The notes below the pieces were generated by a model. That model was not told where the DNA came from, did not search any database, and saw only the letters and a program-made list of their open reading frames with translations. Positions 21,817 through 34,058 of a stretch of 64,000 nucleotides of DNA are shown here, piece by piece. Both the position numbers and the translations under genes were made by a program. The DNA lies in contig NC_087440.1 of assembly GCF_036321535.1 (NCBI RefSeq), positions 59,458,001-59,522,000 on the forward strand. Direction: 5' to 3'. How positions within the stretch are numbered: the stretch's first letter is position 1; every line of letters starts with the position of its first letter. The DNA comes from Camelus dromedarius. Lineage: Eukaryota.

Positions 21817-23664
21817 CAAGAATATTTTAGGGTGGGAAAGAAAAATCCTTTGACATTTCCTGGCCCTCCCAGGGACAGGGGTTGGGGTGGGGGAGTGCTG
21901 GGAAAATTCGATCTGTTTCCTTGTGTTGGCTTCTAAAAGTTTTCTCTCTCTGGTATCACAGAGAGGCAAGGACAGGGGTCTCTCGAGGGTGTCTTAAGGA
22001 AGTGGGTGAGCAAACAGCTGCTTCTTGCTCTCCAATGTTCAAGGCCCTCACCTGACCCTAACCTGGCCTTCACCCGCCATCCCTGTGCCCTGAGTGATGG
22101 TTCATAGGCATGTGTCTTTTTCCAGTAGGTGGAAAAGCTCCTTGGAGGCATGTCCTCCAACCTGGGCTGCTCTGTGTGCCCCCCGGCAGTGCACACAGCA
22201 AATGTTGGTTTGTTGACTTTGGAAGCCAGGTTAGCACAAAGCAAAGAGGACTTGGATGGGCTCAGGGACAGCTAAAGCAGATGGACCAGTAAATCCCTTT
22301 TCTGTGCCCATTCCTGCCTTTTGCTTACTCCATTGCAAGAGCGGGTAGGAAAGGATGACATGCCGCCGCTCATCCAGACCATGTTCAAAGACAGGGACAC
22401 TGAAAAACAATCTGTTCCGGTTTTTGAAGTTCTCCTTTGCTGCTAATATTGCATTTCGTAAACACTCGGCACTCAATAAATGCTAGCAGACAGACGGAGA
22501 CACTGATACCAACTAGCTGGCTTGAAAGTACTGACTGCCCAGCCCCCAGAGCACCGGCTGCTGGCGCAGAGAGGCTCACCCAGCTCTCGGGCCTTGACGT
22601 GTGGCACAGACCTGGCTGGGCCTCAGCCCCCTTACTTAGCACCTGTCAATCTCCTGTCTCTCTGAAAAAGCCTGTTTTTCTCCCTGCTGGGCCCCCCACT
22701 TCTCCAGGATTTCCTCAGTGCTGTCTGTCCAAGTCTTTCTTCTGCCGGAGGTGTTGCTCAGCCCAGAAACTCTGGGGAAGGAAAAACTAGTCAGCTTTCG
22801 GCCTGCCTACAAATTCTCCACCTGCCAAATGCCTGGGGGATTTTTCTCACCAGAACAATGGAGAGTCTTATTCTTGGGGTCTCTCAAGTCTGGCCAGTCG
22901 AGCCCCCCCCCATTTTTTCACTGGCATGGGCCAGCTCTAATGGTGTCCCCCCTCAAGGGGCAGTCACCCAGCTGATATCAAGGGGTCCAAGGAATAGGAA
23001 TGGAATGAAAGGGTGAGGGCCTGTTCTGCTCAAGCACAGAGGCCCCCTGCCCTGGACAAGGCCCCTGTGCCCACATGTGCCCAGCCTGAGTCAGGGCACC
23101 GAGCTCACCCCACCCAGTTTGGGAGTGTGTTAGTTCATGGCAGCTGGGGCCTCAAATAGGATCAAATAGTCCAGTTTTTAATTCTGTGTAATGCTGCCCT
23201 GACAATGGGCTTAACTGCTTTTCCGTCTGGTCATTTTGACTCTCTTAACTTCCCTTCCCCATGAAACTTTGCATGAGTCATGGTTGGAGAATCTCACTCC
23301 ACCCCCACGGCCCCCGCTGTCCCAAGGAACAGAGCGGCTGGCTTCCTGGGATTTCTCTTCCTGGCAGTAAACCCCGTCGTCCCTGTAGGACTGTTACAAC
23401 TGATCCAAGGTCAGAACATCAGGGAGCCCATAACCCTGCTCACCAGCTCACTCCCCGTCCAGGAGTGAAGACGGGCGTCTGCCGCACATCCCCGCTTGGG
23501 GAAGCCAAGGCAGAGAGGATGTGAGGCCTGCCAGACACAGAGGGGGCTGTCCCAGGGAGTCCCCAGGCCCAGCAAGGATCCTCCCTTCCCAAACTCAAGT
23601 CTACTTGTTTCCAGCTTCACTTGGGCTCTTTTCATTGTAAAGGACAAAAACTCACCTAGGCTTC

Positions 23665-24054
23665 CATATTCGTTTATGAGGGCTCCCGTCACAAAGACTG
23701 GGTGGCTGAAACAAGAGAAATTTGGAGCCTGCAAGTCCATAGTCAAGGTGCCACTGGGTTGCTTCCTTCCTCGGGCCGTGAGGGAAGGATCTGCTCCAGG
23801 CCTCTCTCCTTGGCGTATAGGTGGCCGTCTTCTCCCCGTGTCTCCACATGGTCTTCCCTCCATACATGTGGATCTCCACCCAAATTTCTCTTTATTGTAA
23901 GGACACCAGTCATATTGGACTATAGTCTACTCTAATGACCTCATTTTAATTATCTCTCAAAGACACTATCTCCACATCCGGTCACATTCTGAGGTACTGG
24001 GGATTACGACTTCAAAATAGGAATTTTTGAGGGGACACAGTTCAGCCTATAGCA
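23665..24054 (-). mobile_element. MaLR MLT1 (B/C-like) solo LTR
   Basis: 'gtaaggacaccagtcatattgga...taatgacctcattttaa...gaggggacacagttcagcctatagca'; perfect TSD GCTTC at 23660-23664 and 24055-24059. Confidence 0.92.
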
Positions 24055-24159
24055 GCTTCCTAGAGCAAACGTTTATTTTCCAGATATTCATGGTCCTCAG
24101 CTGCGCTGAGCCAATGGGGTGGCAGCCCCAGGGAATTCTCCTTTCTCAGTCTCTCTCTG

Positions 24160-24420
24160 GACTTCTCAGTCCTTCCAGATGAAGTTGGGTGTTTCTGTTA
24201 TACATGTTCCCAAGACCCCTTCGTCTCCCTTATAGAATTTACCAGCACTGACTGTAATTAAATAATGTGTTGTAGAGTTTCCCAGTCAACGTCCATCTCC
24301 ACACCGCACTACATGCACCAGGACAACGGGGCGAATGACTGCCATGTTCCTTGCTGCATCCCCCGTACTTAGCCCAGACTTGGCACATTATGGTCCTTAT
24401 TTGTAGCTGTTGAGTTGAAG
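24160..24420 (+). mobile_element. L2 3' end
   Basis: 'ccatgttccttgctgcatcccccgtacttagcccagacttggcacattatgg...gttgagttgaa'. Confidence 0.65.
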
Positions 24421-24449
24421 GCCCCTTCTCTCACACCTTACTGGCCAAT

Positions 24450-24730
24450 TCCTCAGTAGCCTCTGATCCAATCTACCCACATTTCAGAGTCACATTCCAT
24501 ATCCCATATTTTATTTTAAGGGATTCATACTATTATTTCCCTAATGTTCTCCTTTGAAATAAGTCACATTTTTGCATAAACAAATTTATATAAAAATTTG
24601 TGTCATGGGTTTGATGTTCTACTTATATGTTGAAATGAATAGATCTCAAAGCAAACATGTTAAACTATTAAAATAAATGTTTGTGCAACACTGAAAGTCA
24701 CCTCCTGAACTAGTGGGCTCCCTGCCCTGC
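24450..24730. mobile_element. Degraded hAT-Charlie-like DNA transposon remnant
   Basis: AT-rich 'tgtgtcatgggtttgatg...aaataaatgtttgtgcaacactgaaagtcacctc' resembles old Charlie fragments. Confidence 0.4.
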
Positions 24731-24784
24731 TCAGGTCCTGGAGGTAGACAGTCCGCCCTGCTTAGCTGATCATCTCTCAGGTTA

Positions 24785-25200
24785 TAACAAATAGGGTGCT
24801 CTTGGCCGCAAGTAACAAACTCCACTGGCGCTGACTTAAAAAATAAAGATATTTATTACCTCATATAACTGCAATATTGGAATAGTGAGGCATGAAAACT
24901 GCTTGGTTTAGGGGCTCAATTGTCTCATCCAAAGTACTGAAGTTTTTGCACCTCTGTGTCCCATGGCCTTAGTGTCAATTTAACCTTCTGGTAGGAGCAA
25001 GATGGCAACAGCAGTTGTAGTGTCACACGGAGACGCAGTGTTCACAAAAGTAAGGGAGATAGCCTTTGTCATTCTGTTTTCCTCTAAGACTCCCATCAGA
25101 ATTCCCTATAAATTGTATTGCCTAAGTCACATGCTTATTCCTCAGAAATGGAAATGAAGTGGCCAGGAAGATCCTCTGGACTAGAAAGGATGTGGAGGTG
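24785..25200 (-). mobile_element. Old MaLR LTR (MLT1J/K/L-like)
   Basis: 'ttggccgcaagtaacaaactcca...gacttaaaaaataaagatatttatt...caagatggcaacagcag...taagtcacatgc'. Confidence 0.6.
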
Positions 25201-26856
25201 ACAACCACAGTGTCTGTCACATGTATCAGTGACTGGACTATGGACAGGTTTTGCCACTGAGGCAGGTGCCCACTGCTGGTTCATTCAGTGGCTGCCCCGG
25301 CCCCAAACCAGCCTAGGTCAAGGGTAGACAGTTTCAGCCAGGGGAGGGGCATAGGCTTGACTGGTGCCACAACTGACACATCTAGGCTCTCCCTGCTGGT
25401 GGCAATTTCTGTGCCCTCAAGCTCTGCCCAGCCTCAGGCTGAACCATCAGCTTCCAAACCCAGGCCGCCTCCTCCCTGCCTGACTCCCTGCGCTCTGGCT
25501 CACGGCAGACCTGAGCAGACAGAGCCAGCTCCCACCCCACCTTGGCCCCCGAGTCTGGGAAGAGAGAGTCTGCCCCGAGTCTGCTTTTGATGGGGCTGGG
25601 CCAGACCCGCAGGGCTCATTTTCTCTGTCTCCTGCTAAATTCCCTGGCTGCTCCTCGGCAGTCAGGTTGCCAAGCCCCGAGCGTCTCCTGGCTCCATCTG
25701 CAGCAGGAAATGGGCCTGACAATGGTTCTTCCAGAACTGGTGATTTTTCAATATGTATTTGTATGGATCCCACCCATGCTTCATCTCCACATCCCCAGCT
25801 TGTGTTCAGCTCTGATTTACTAAGCACGTACTACAAGCCCAGCTCTGTGCTCAGCACTGAGGGTGGGGGGTGGGCAAGGCACAGGGGGAGCAGGGGGGGG
25901 CACAGAGGGAGCATCTGACATGCTGTCTGCTCTGGGGCTTGTGCTCCAGCCAGGGGGACCGCCACACACTTGGAAAGTAAGATCCCCAGCTAAGATGGCT
26001 TTGTTTGGCTACAGGTCACATAAGTGGTCTAAATGAAAAATGCCACTTGGGTTCAGAGGAAGGCAAGACAGACAGGGGCAGCATGTGTGCTGATGATTCT
26101 GTCTGCCCCCTAATCACCCCCAGAGCCCCTGTCCTCCCTACTGGGTGCCCTGGGACTGACCGCAATGGCCTGCATCCCCTGTACCCGGCCCTGTCCCTCA
26201 GTTTCCACTTGGGCCACTGGAGCCACCAGCAGGAGATGGAGGTGCAGAAGGAAAGCGAGGCCTGGAGTTTATTCCACCTGCTTCCTCCCTGTCTTGTCAA
26301 ATGTGATTCTGGTTTGGCTGGTTCCTCTAAAGCCTCAGCTCCTGTGGGGCGTGGGATGGTGTGGCTTTCTACTGTCCCTGGTCCCTCTGTCCCTATTTGG
26401 TTTCCTTTAGCCTCCCTACTCTGAAAATAGTCCCTTCCTGCTTCAGAGCCCCCTTGCGTGAGCTGGGACACTGACCAGTAAACCATTAGGAAGTGCCCCC
26501 TGAAGGACCCGAGCCTGGGCTGCACTTCTGAAGATGAGCTGAAGTTGGCTGAGCAGAGAAGAGGAAGAAGGGCTATCCGTAGGGAGCACAGCCCAAGCAA
26601 AGATGCCAGGCAGGGACTGAGGGAAGGTTGGGAGACTTTGCCTACACGGAAGCGAAGGCTGGAAAACACAGTGAAGGTTTAGCATGGAAGTCCTTGACTG
26701 CCAGGCTGACAGACCTGGCCCTCGTCTTTCTGGGCCATGTGGAGCTATTGGAAGATTATGAACTCATGAGGCAACAGTTTTGGCTTTTGTTTCTACTTTC
26801 CCCTTGTTATTGGTTTTACTGTCATCATGAATAACAGGTAATATTTATTAAATGCT

Positions 26857-27272
26857 TATTTATGGGTTGAATTGTGTCCACCCCAAAATGCCTGTGTTGA
26901 AGTCCTAACCCCCAGTACCTCAGAATGTAGCCTTATTTGCTGTTGGGATCTTTACAAAGGTAATAGAGTTAAAACAAAGTCTTTTGGGTGGACCTTAGTC
27001 CAGTATGACTGGTGTCCTTATGAGAGGGGGAAATTTGGACAGAGAGACATGCCCAAAGGGAGGACACGTGCAGAGACTCAGGGAGCAGACGGCTGCCTAC
27101 ACGCTGAGAGAGCTCTGGAGCAGGTCCACCCTCACGGCCCGCAGGGGAGCAACCCTGCAGACACTGTGGTCCTGGACTTCCAGCCTTCAGACCTGTGAGA
27201 TAATAAAGCTCTACTGTTTGAGCCCTGCAGTGTGCAGCACTTTGCTGCGGCAGCTCTCGCAGACTAGTAACA
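26857..27272 (+). mobile_element. MaLR MLT1 (MLT1B-like) solo LTR inserted in a MIR remnant
   Basis: 'gggttgaattgtgtccacccc...gaagtcctaacccccagtacctcagaatgt...ggacttccagccttcagacctgtgagataataaa...gactagtaaca'. Confidence 0.9.
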
Positions 27273-27454
27273 CCACGGAACGGTCGTGTGCCGACCCGTC
27301 ACGAGCTGCCCTGTGTGCGTGGACGGTGCATTACCGGAGTCCCTCTATAGCCGCCCCGCTTTGCAGGTGATTCCCCGGCACCCCCCACCCCCATCCCATC
27401 CCGGCCCGCTTAAACTCTGGCCAGGACACTTACAGCCCCAGTGCTTTTCCATGG

Positions 27455-27570
27455 TTATCAACATATCTATTTATTGAGCCCCTATTAGGTACCAAGCACC
27501 CTTCTAGGGTTTAGAATTTGAGGAGACGAAACAGACAATATTCCTTATGGCCTTGGAGCTGACACCCGAT
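27455..27570 (-). mobile_element. L2 3' end
   Basis: 'caacatatctatttattgagcccctattaggtaccaagcac...ccttggagctgaca'. Confidence 0.6.
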
Positions 27571-27669
27571 GTTTCTGTCTTTGTTTCTCCTACATTTCTG
27601 CCAGAAGATGAGCAGCTCCATGAGAGCAGGGCTGTCTGTTGTGTCCACGACACCTGAGTGTCTGGGGGA

Positions 27670-27780
27670 TGAATGAGAACGAACCCAAGATTAAAGGGTT
27701 GCTGTCCTTGCCCAAGGTCAGTGGGTGACGGGCCAGAACCCAGAGGCTGCAGATCAGACAGCTCAACCTTTGGATCATGA
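27670..27780 (-). mobile_element. MIR fragment
   Basis: 'ccttgcccaaggtcag...agaacccagaggctg'. Confidence 0.45.
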
Positions 27781-30700
27781 CTGTTTTCTCAACATCTCCC
27801 CTCAAACTAAAGGGACAAGGGACTTATACCACAAGAAGGAGCAAGCCTCTTTACAGGTCCTTGTCAATGCCCAAGGCACTTAGATTTAATTTGTGTACAG
27901 ACGCCATGACTTCTGCTCGGAGGACTTGAGGGATGTCTAAAAGAGAAGGACACATGTTTAGGCTTTTTGTGGAACATCCATTTCAGTTTCAATCTCATCT
28001 AAATACTCATTTAGCTTGAGGGAACTCTGGGCCTGCCTCTAGGCCAGCAGCAGCTCTGGCTTGTTGGGGCAGCTGCCTCCCAAGCGCTGTCCACCCAGGA
28101 CCTGTGGCCATTGTGTGAGGAACAGGGTCTGGTGGTGTGTGGTGGTGAAGGCAGGTGGGGTGTGGTGTGACGAGCTCCTGGTTCAGTTCGCAGCCCTGAA
28201 ATGCGTACTTTCAGCTGCACTCTCTGTTGGAGGCAGGAAGGAAGGCATAGAAGTTACCAGTTTGCTGGAGGCCCAAGATGCAGAACAAAGAGAGCAGATT
28301 CTAGATGCTGAGAGAATCCTTCCACCCCATTTGCTGGGAATTCTTCTCACAGGCATTATCTCCCCACCTGCCTCAGTCTCATCCCCGGTCTTAAATAGCC
28401 CAGGAGCCCAGTCCCGTGCCTTCTTTTGGTCCACAAGGTCATAAGTAAGGTCACCTTGACAGTGTAATTATGCTCTAGTTACCCCTACTTCTATCACACG
28501 TGGAAATTCTCAGTCCACAAGCTAGGGGTGTGGAAAGCAAAACTGCTCACATCATGGGTGACGGCAGCCCCAGGAACCCCTTTTCAAAGGCTGGGGACAC
28601 TGGCCTGGAATGAAGGCTGATCCCCCACACCAGGCCCTGAAATCAAGGCAGCCAGGCCTGCTGGGCAGGGCTCCAACACAAACCCTCAGGAAACCTGGTG
28701 CTGGCTCCAGCTCTCCTTCTCAGTCGTGGTCCTGGCAAGACTGCACGTGGACAAGTGTCATCTGACCCTGCTAGAAAAACATCCAGTGTGTGAATGATTT
28801 GTTCACTCTTTTTTAACTGGAGTAGCTCCTAGATCACCCCATAACCGTGCCCCTCACACTCACTTTTATCCCAGTGTGTTTGCTCGGGTGGAAGAGGAGA
28901 CAGAGGACTGCCAGACACTGGGGACTGGGCGCAGTGCAGGTTGGCCCATGGGATGGATGGTCCATGTGAATATCATCATCTTGGATGTTGTGACAGAAAG
29001 TTAGGAACCAAACCTCTTTCAGGTTGTTAAGAGATGGGCTTCTGGAAGACCCATTAACAGAATATTTTGGAAACCAGCTTGGAAAATTTGACACGTTGTC
29101 ACTTTCCTCTGCTAAGCAGCTTACAAACATTCTCCCGTTTCTTCCCATGACTCCCTCCAACTTCTTTGCTTCAGCCCAACTGTCAGAATTTTCCAAGTGA
29201 GATCACAGACCCAGAGAGGGCTGGCTTCAGGCTCTGGGAGGGTGTCAAGGGCAGATGTGAAGTTTGGGGACAGGAGCCATCAGTCCTCAGGAAAGTCCCC
29301 CATTTCACTGTCTTTTTTGTAATACCAAAAACCTGCCCATCACAAGGCAACTAATCCCCAAATTCCTTAGAGCTTTGCCTCATCTGTAGGCGGAATCACA
29401 GTAATTGCTCACAAGACTGAGAGCCCCCCTGGCTGTGTGGCTGGTGGGGACCTGGCTGGTAGGGACCCAGAATTCCCTGTGCTGACTCCTGGTGCCTCTG
29501 GGTATGTAGATGAGCTGTTTTGCAACATGAACAGGCCCCAGGGACCAGAGCCACTTCTCTGGCATTCTAGAGTATGCCTTTGACAGGCAAACCCAGCCCA
29601 AAGGGGCATTCTCTTTTCTAGGAAATCTCAGCGATGGCCTTCTGATGCCCCCGCCTCTGACTGTGGTGGCAGTGGCCCAGAGGAAAGTCTCAGGTCTGCC
29701 CGCCTCCCACCATGAGCAGGACCCCTCTAGGGGCACACACCAGGATCGCTCTGCCCGGGCTGGGGAAGCAGCCATGTCTCGCTTTTTTATTTGTGTCTCG
29801 GTGCCTGCCCTGTGAGAGGATGATGGATGCCCTGGGCTCCCCGGGGAGCATAGCTGAGGGCCAAACTGAGGTGGGAAAGAAAAGCAGATTTGTAAATAAA
29901 CAAGGGCAGAGTCAGAGACCCAGGGCCTCGCTCCTGCCGCGGCTTTCCGGGCTTCTGACGAGGCGAGCTCCTGAGGCTCCCTCTAGGGCGGCTGGGGAGT
30001 CAGTTATTGTTTTTGGATATCGCTGAGATGAACTCCAGATGATTTTCCAAGGGCTGATTTCACAGCACATTTGCTCCATCTGAGCAATCACTCTCCGCAG
30101 CAGTTGGATTTCCATTCGGCGTTTACCTCGTGTGCCCGGAATCGGGACTGTCTGCCTCCTTGGGGTCGAACTGTCTTATTTTCTTTGGGGCTTGGCCAAA
30201 CCCTCTCCACATCGGCCTTGGTTCCATCTAGGCATTTCCATTTGCGTGTGGGCAAGACTAGACCAAGTTCACAGAGGTTTTCAGAGCACAAGGACCATGC
30301 CCATTCCTTGTAGAATATAAAAAGTGGGAGGAGAATCCACCAGATCTTTTCATTTCACAGAGGGAGATATTTAGCCACAATGGGAGACAACAAAAACCAG
30401 AATGATACTCAACTTAGGAAATAACCATGTCCTCCGCCAGACACTTCCCAAGGAGCCAGGGCGGGCCTCTGGAGGGTGTATGACAGCACCCTGTGAGGAA
30501 GAGCAGGCTGATGGGCAGCGTTTCGTGCAGCATAGAGAACCCTGGGTTGGTGCAAGGGGCTGGGGGCCAGGTGGAGTGGGTGCAGGGCCCCCGTGTAGCC
30601 TGACTGAGCTGTTTTCAGGACCAACCAAACTCCTGGGACAGAGATACAGCAGACCTTGCATTGAGAAGCATCAGGTCTTTGTTAAATTGCACCAGAGGCT

Positions 30701-31329
30701 CATTGTGCTTCTTTATCTTAATTTTCTATCTTAAAATTTTCCTCATATTTATACTTCTGGAGTGCAAATAAAACTAGCTCCTGAAGTCAACATGCAGGTC
30801 TTTTTTTTTTTTTCACTCAAGGAAAGAAATCCGTGCCCTGACTTGATGCAAGAGTCACTGGATGTCAAAGTTGTTAAAGTGACCAGCGGCACGTTCTCTG
30901 AAACGCACTGACCACAGCGTGCCCAGTGTTAACCCTGCCCTCGTGCGTTTCCTCTCCAGGACACATGACCTCCACCAGGGCTGAGGCCTGAGGTTCCCCT
31001 ACTCAGCTGCTTTGTCTGCCCTCTGACCTCACTTATCCAGCCTTGCAAATGTGGCTCAGGGTCCGCCTCTTCTGGTTCCTTGGTGCCCCACCACCACCAC
31101 CCCAGCACTTGGCATAGGGACAGGGCCATGGAGGGTGTGTAACATGCCATTCACTTGCTGATTGAACACACTCCATTATGGTGGCTCATGGCCCTCCCAG
31201 TCCCATGGCTTCCTCCAGCCCCTCCACATCTGCCTCTTCCGCCCTCCTTTCATGTCCCCAAGGATATCCAAGAACTGTGCTTGGTGACCCAACTCAGGGC
31301 ACCCACCCTGCAGAAGAGTGAGTCCAGTC

Positions 31330-31448
31330 TCTGGAATCAGATCTGAATGCCCGCCTGCATCTGCCGCTGACTACCTGTGCATCCCTAAACTCATTTCTCA
31401 ACCTCTCTGAGCCTCAGTGTCCTTACCTGTAAATGAGACTTAGTGCTG
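31330..31448 (+). mobile_element. MIR fragment
   Basis: 'tctcaacctctctgagcctcagtgtccttacctgtaaatgag'. Confidence 0.65.
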
Positions 31449-32339
31449 CCATGAGTCAAAATTACATCTGATGGAATCTGATGTTTTCAAATAGCCCCCC
31501 AATTTTAGGGAAGTATGAAGTTCCTCTACACTGAGGTTTCTTCTATAGCTAACAAGGAGCCCTCCTTGAATCTTTCTTAGAGATTTCATTGTATCCAAGA
31601 GAATCCTGCATCCAAACTGCACTCCAGAAGGAAAAGAACAGCAAGGAAGGAGAAATTTGCCAGGCCCCTGGGGACTGAAGCACTCATGCAGTTCCGTTTG
31701 CTGTCCTCCCTGGGCCATGGGGATCAACTTTAATCATTCAAAGATTACGATGGCTGATTGTTCCCTGACATCGGCTTTTGTAACTAAGGGAGGTGGCCCC
31801 CTGAGCCTGCCACTTGCAGCCTTCATTCATCTTGTCTCTTTCTCTCTACTCAGGCCTTTGAGTGAACACGGCTTGGTCTTGTTTTAAACTCCACTCCTCT
31901 GTTTCCCTGTGCCTTTCTTCTGCCTCAGTGCTCGAGATCCTAACCCGAAGACCCCAGGCTGGGGGAGATCATGGAGCTTCTGAGGAAGAAGTTGGCAAAC
32001 GAACTCTCTCTTTTCAGTGCCCAGGGCTCTCCACCACCCTGAGATCCTTGGTTGAGAAGAGCACTTGAGGGTCTGGAAAGAGATCACTGCTCTAGAGGAC
32101 TTAAAGAGAAAACTTGTGGTTAGAATAAGTGTCTATTTTCTACCAATGTGAGCACCACTGTGCTCAGGCATCACTTTCCAACGAAAGGGTCTACGCACAA
32201 AATGCCTACGTCACTGTCTCTCAGGAGAAAACAGCTCTCAAGTTATAGTCCAAGGCCAGTGGAAGGGCTGGGAGGTGATTATGAAATTCAGATACCAATT
32301 TCTTTCAAGCAAATGGAATTCTACAAACTTTCTTTACTA

Positions 32340-32715
32340 TAGCCTACCAAAGTTTATTTGCTTGAAGCCTACTAAGAATTATTAAGCACAACTAAACTTA
32401 TGAACAAAACATTGATTCATAGTATAAAATATAATGCCATGTAAAATAATTACATATTTAATTATTATAAAATATAGTTACATGAGAAATAGGAATGGTA
32501 CAAAATAACAATAATTTAGTTTAAACTCATGTATACATGTTTATAGTGTTTTTCTAAAATGAATGAAAAATTCGTGTTTGTTCCTCTAATTTTTTTTTTT
32601 TAAATTATTACTGAGTTGTGGTTTTTCCTTCTAAAAAGAGGGGACAGGCAGAGGGATGTGAAGTTTTCTGCCAGGTCTAAGTTGGCCACAGTCAAAAAAG
32701 TTTGAGGGTACAGTT
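32340..32715. mobile_element. Possible degraded hAT DNA transposon remnant
   Basis: AT-rich block ending 'ggccacagtcaaaaaagtttgagggtacag', like a Charlie-type terminus. Confidence 0.35.
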
Positions 32716-33464
32716 CAGATAAAGGACACTATAAATAATTTTCCCCAGCTTCCTCTCTTTTTCCTCAAAGTAGTTTGAGAATTAATGGTTGAGCAGTGAA
32801 GCATTTTCACATCCCCACACAGACAATGGTAGAAAAGTTCTAACTGATGGTGTAAATGTATATTATCATCCAAGACAGAAGTATTGGCCTTGTCCACCCA
32901 AGGGTATATGGGCATGTGGGTTGGTGGTCTTTTTATCTCCATTTACTAGCGGTAGAATTTCCCTTCAATAAAAGAACAGAGAAAAGAGAACTAATGCAGC
33001 AGTTTCAGCTTCTGCTCTGCTGTAAGGAAAGATTCAAAGACAAAAATCAATGTGGAATATTTTACTTGCAAGCTTTTAGAAGATGCATCTAAACAGAGAT
33101 CAAAGGAAGGCAGAGAAACCAGGAGACATGGTTGATTATATCCCACCAACAGCTGTAACTGTGCCTCGGAAATAGGTTCGCTTTCACAGACCCGATGATG
33201 TGGTGGTGTCTGAGGCTGCTGCGTGTCTGCCACATCCCAGAGCTCCAGGCTGGGGGCCTCAGTGGTCTTCGGTGTGTTCGTAGTGGGCAGGGCCCTGGCC
33301 CCCAGCACTGCGCCAAGTTCTATGAAAAGTGGCATCTGTGGCAGGATCTGGGTCCACCATGGTTCTCATGAGTCCAGAGGCAGGGAACCCATGGAGAAAC
33401 ACAAACACTCCACACGCCACACGGAATGACAGTGCTTTGTATTTACTTTTTTTTTTTTTTTTAG

Positions 33465-33585
33465 TTATAAGATGTGTGTTTATTATACCGGAGTTGGAAA
33501 ATTCTAAGCCATATAAAACGGAAAATAACTATTGTCATAATCCCTATACCCAAGAGTAACCACTGTTGAAATCCTGGTATTGCTT
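33465..33585 (-). mobile_element. L1ME 3' end fragment
   Basis: 'ttggaaaattc...cataatccctatacccaagagtaaccactgttgaaatcctgg'. Confidence 0.5.
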
Positions 33586-33589
33586 CTTT

Positions 33590-34058
33590 TTTATTTAATA
33601 AAAGTAGATTTATTTAGAGAAATATGCAGGGGTGGTGGAGGGGGTCGTGTTTAAGCAAAGGTAGATACACACTCCACAAAGTGTGGGCCGGTCTTGGAAG
33701 GTGAAGGAGTAAGAGAGCTACCGTGAGGTGTGGCGTTGCTAGTTTTTATATACTAACAAGTGAGAGGATTATTCCAGTTCCTTTGGGGCAGGGGTGGGGA
33801 TTCCCGTGAATTGGGCCGCCACCCTCTCCTTGACCTTTGGTGGTTAGCCTCAGCACTATCATGGCACCTGTGGGTGTGTCATTCACCATGCTAGTACATT
33901 ACAGTGTGTATAATGAAGCTCAAGGTCCACTGGAGGTCGAATCTCCCGCCATCTTGGGCTTCCAGATCTATTGGGAGTTGACTTTTCCACCATCTTGGTG
34001 CTAATTGCTGTGTCATTCCTTTAATGGCTCTGTCCTGCCCCCTTCCTTCCTGTCTCAT
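33590..34058 (-). mobile_element. ERV1 solo LTR (different family from 10296-10658)
   Basis: 'gattattccag...gaattgggccgccacc...gtgggtgtgtcatt...caaggtccactggaggtcgaatctcccgccatcttggg...cctgtctca'. Confidence 0.78.

Noticed and set aside
26016-26669. 217-aa minus-strand ORF
   Set aside because: No recognisable homology, and several overlapping ORFs on both strands in GC-rich DNA; consistent with chance.
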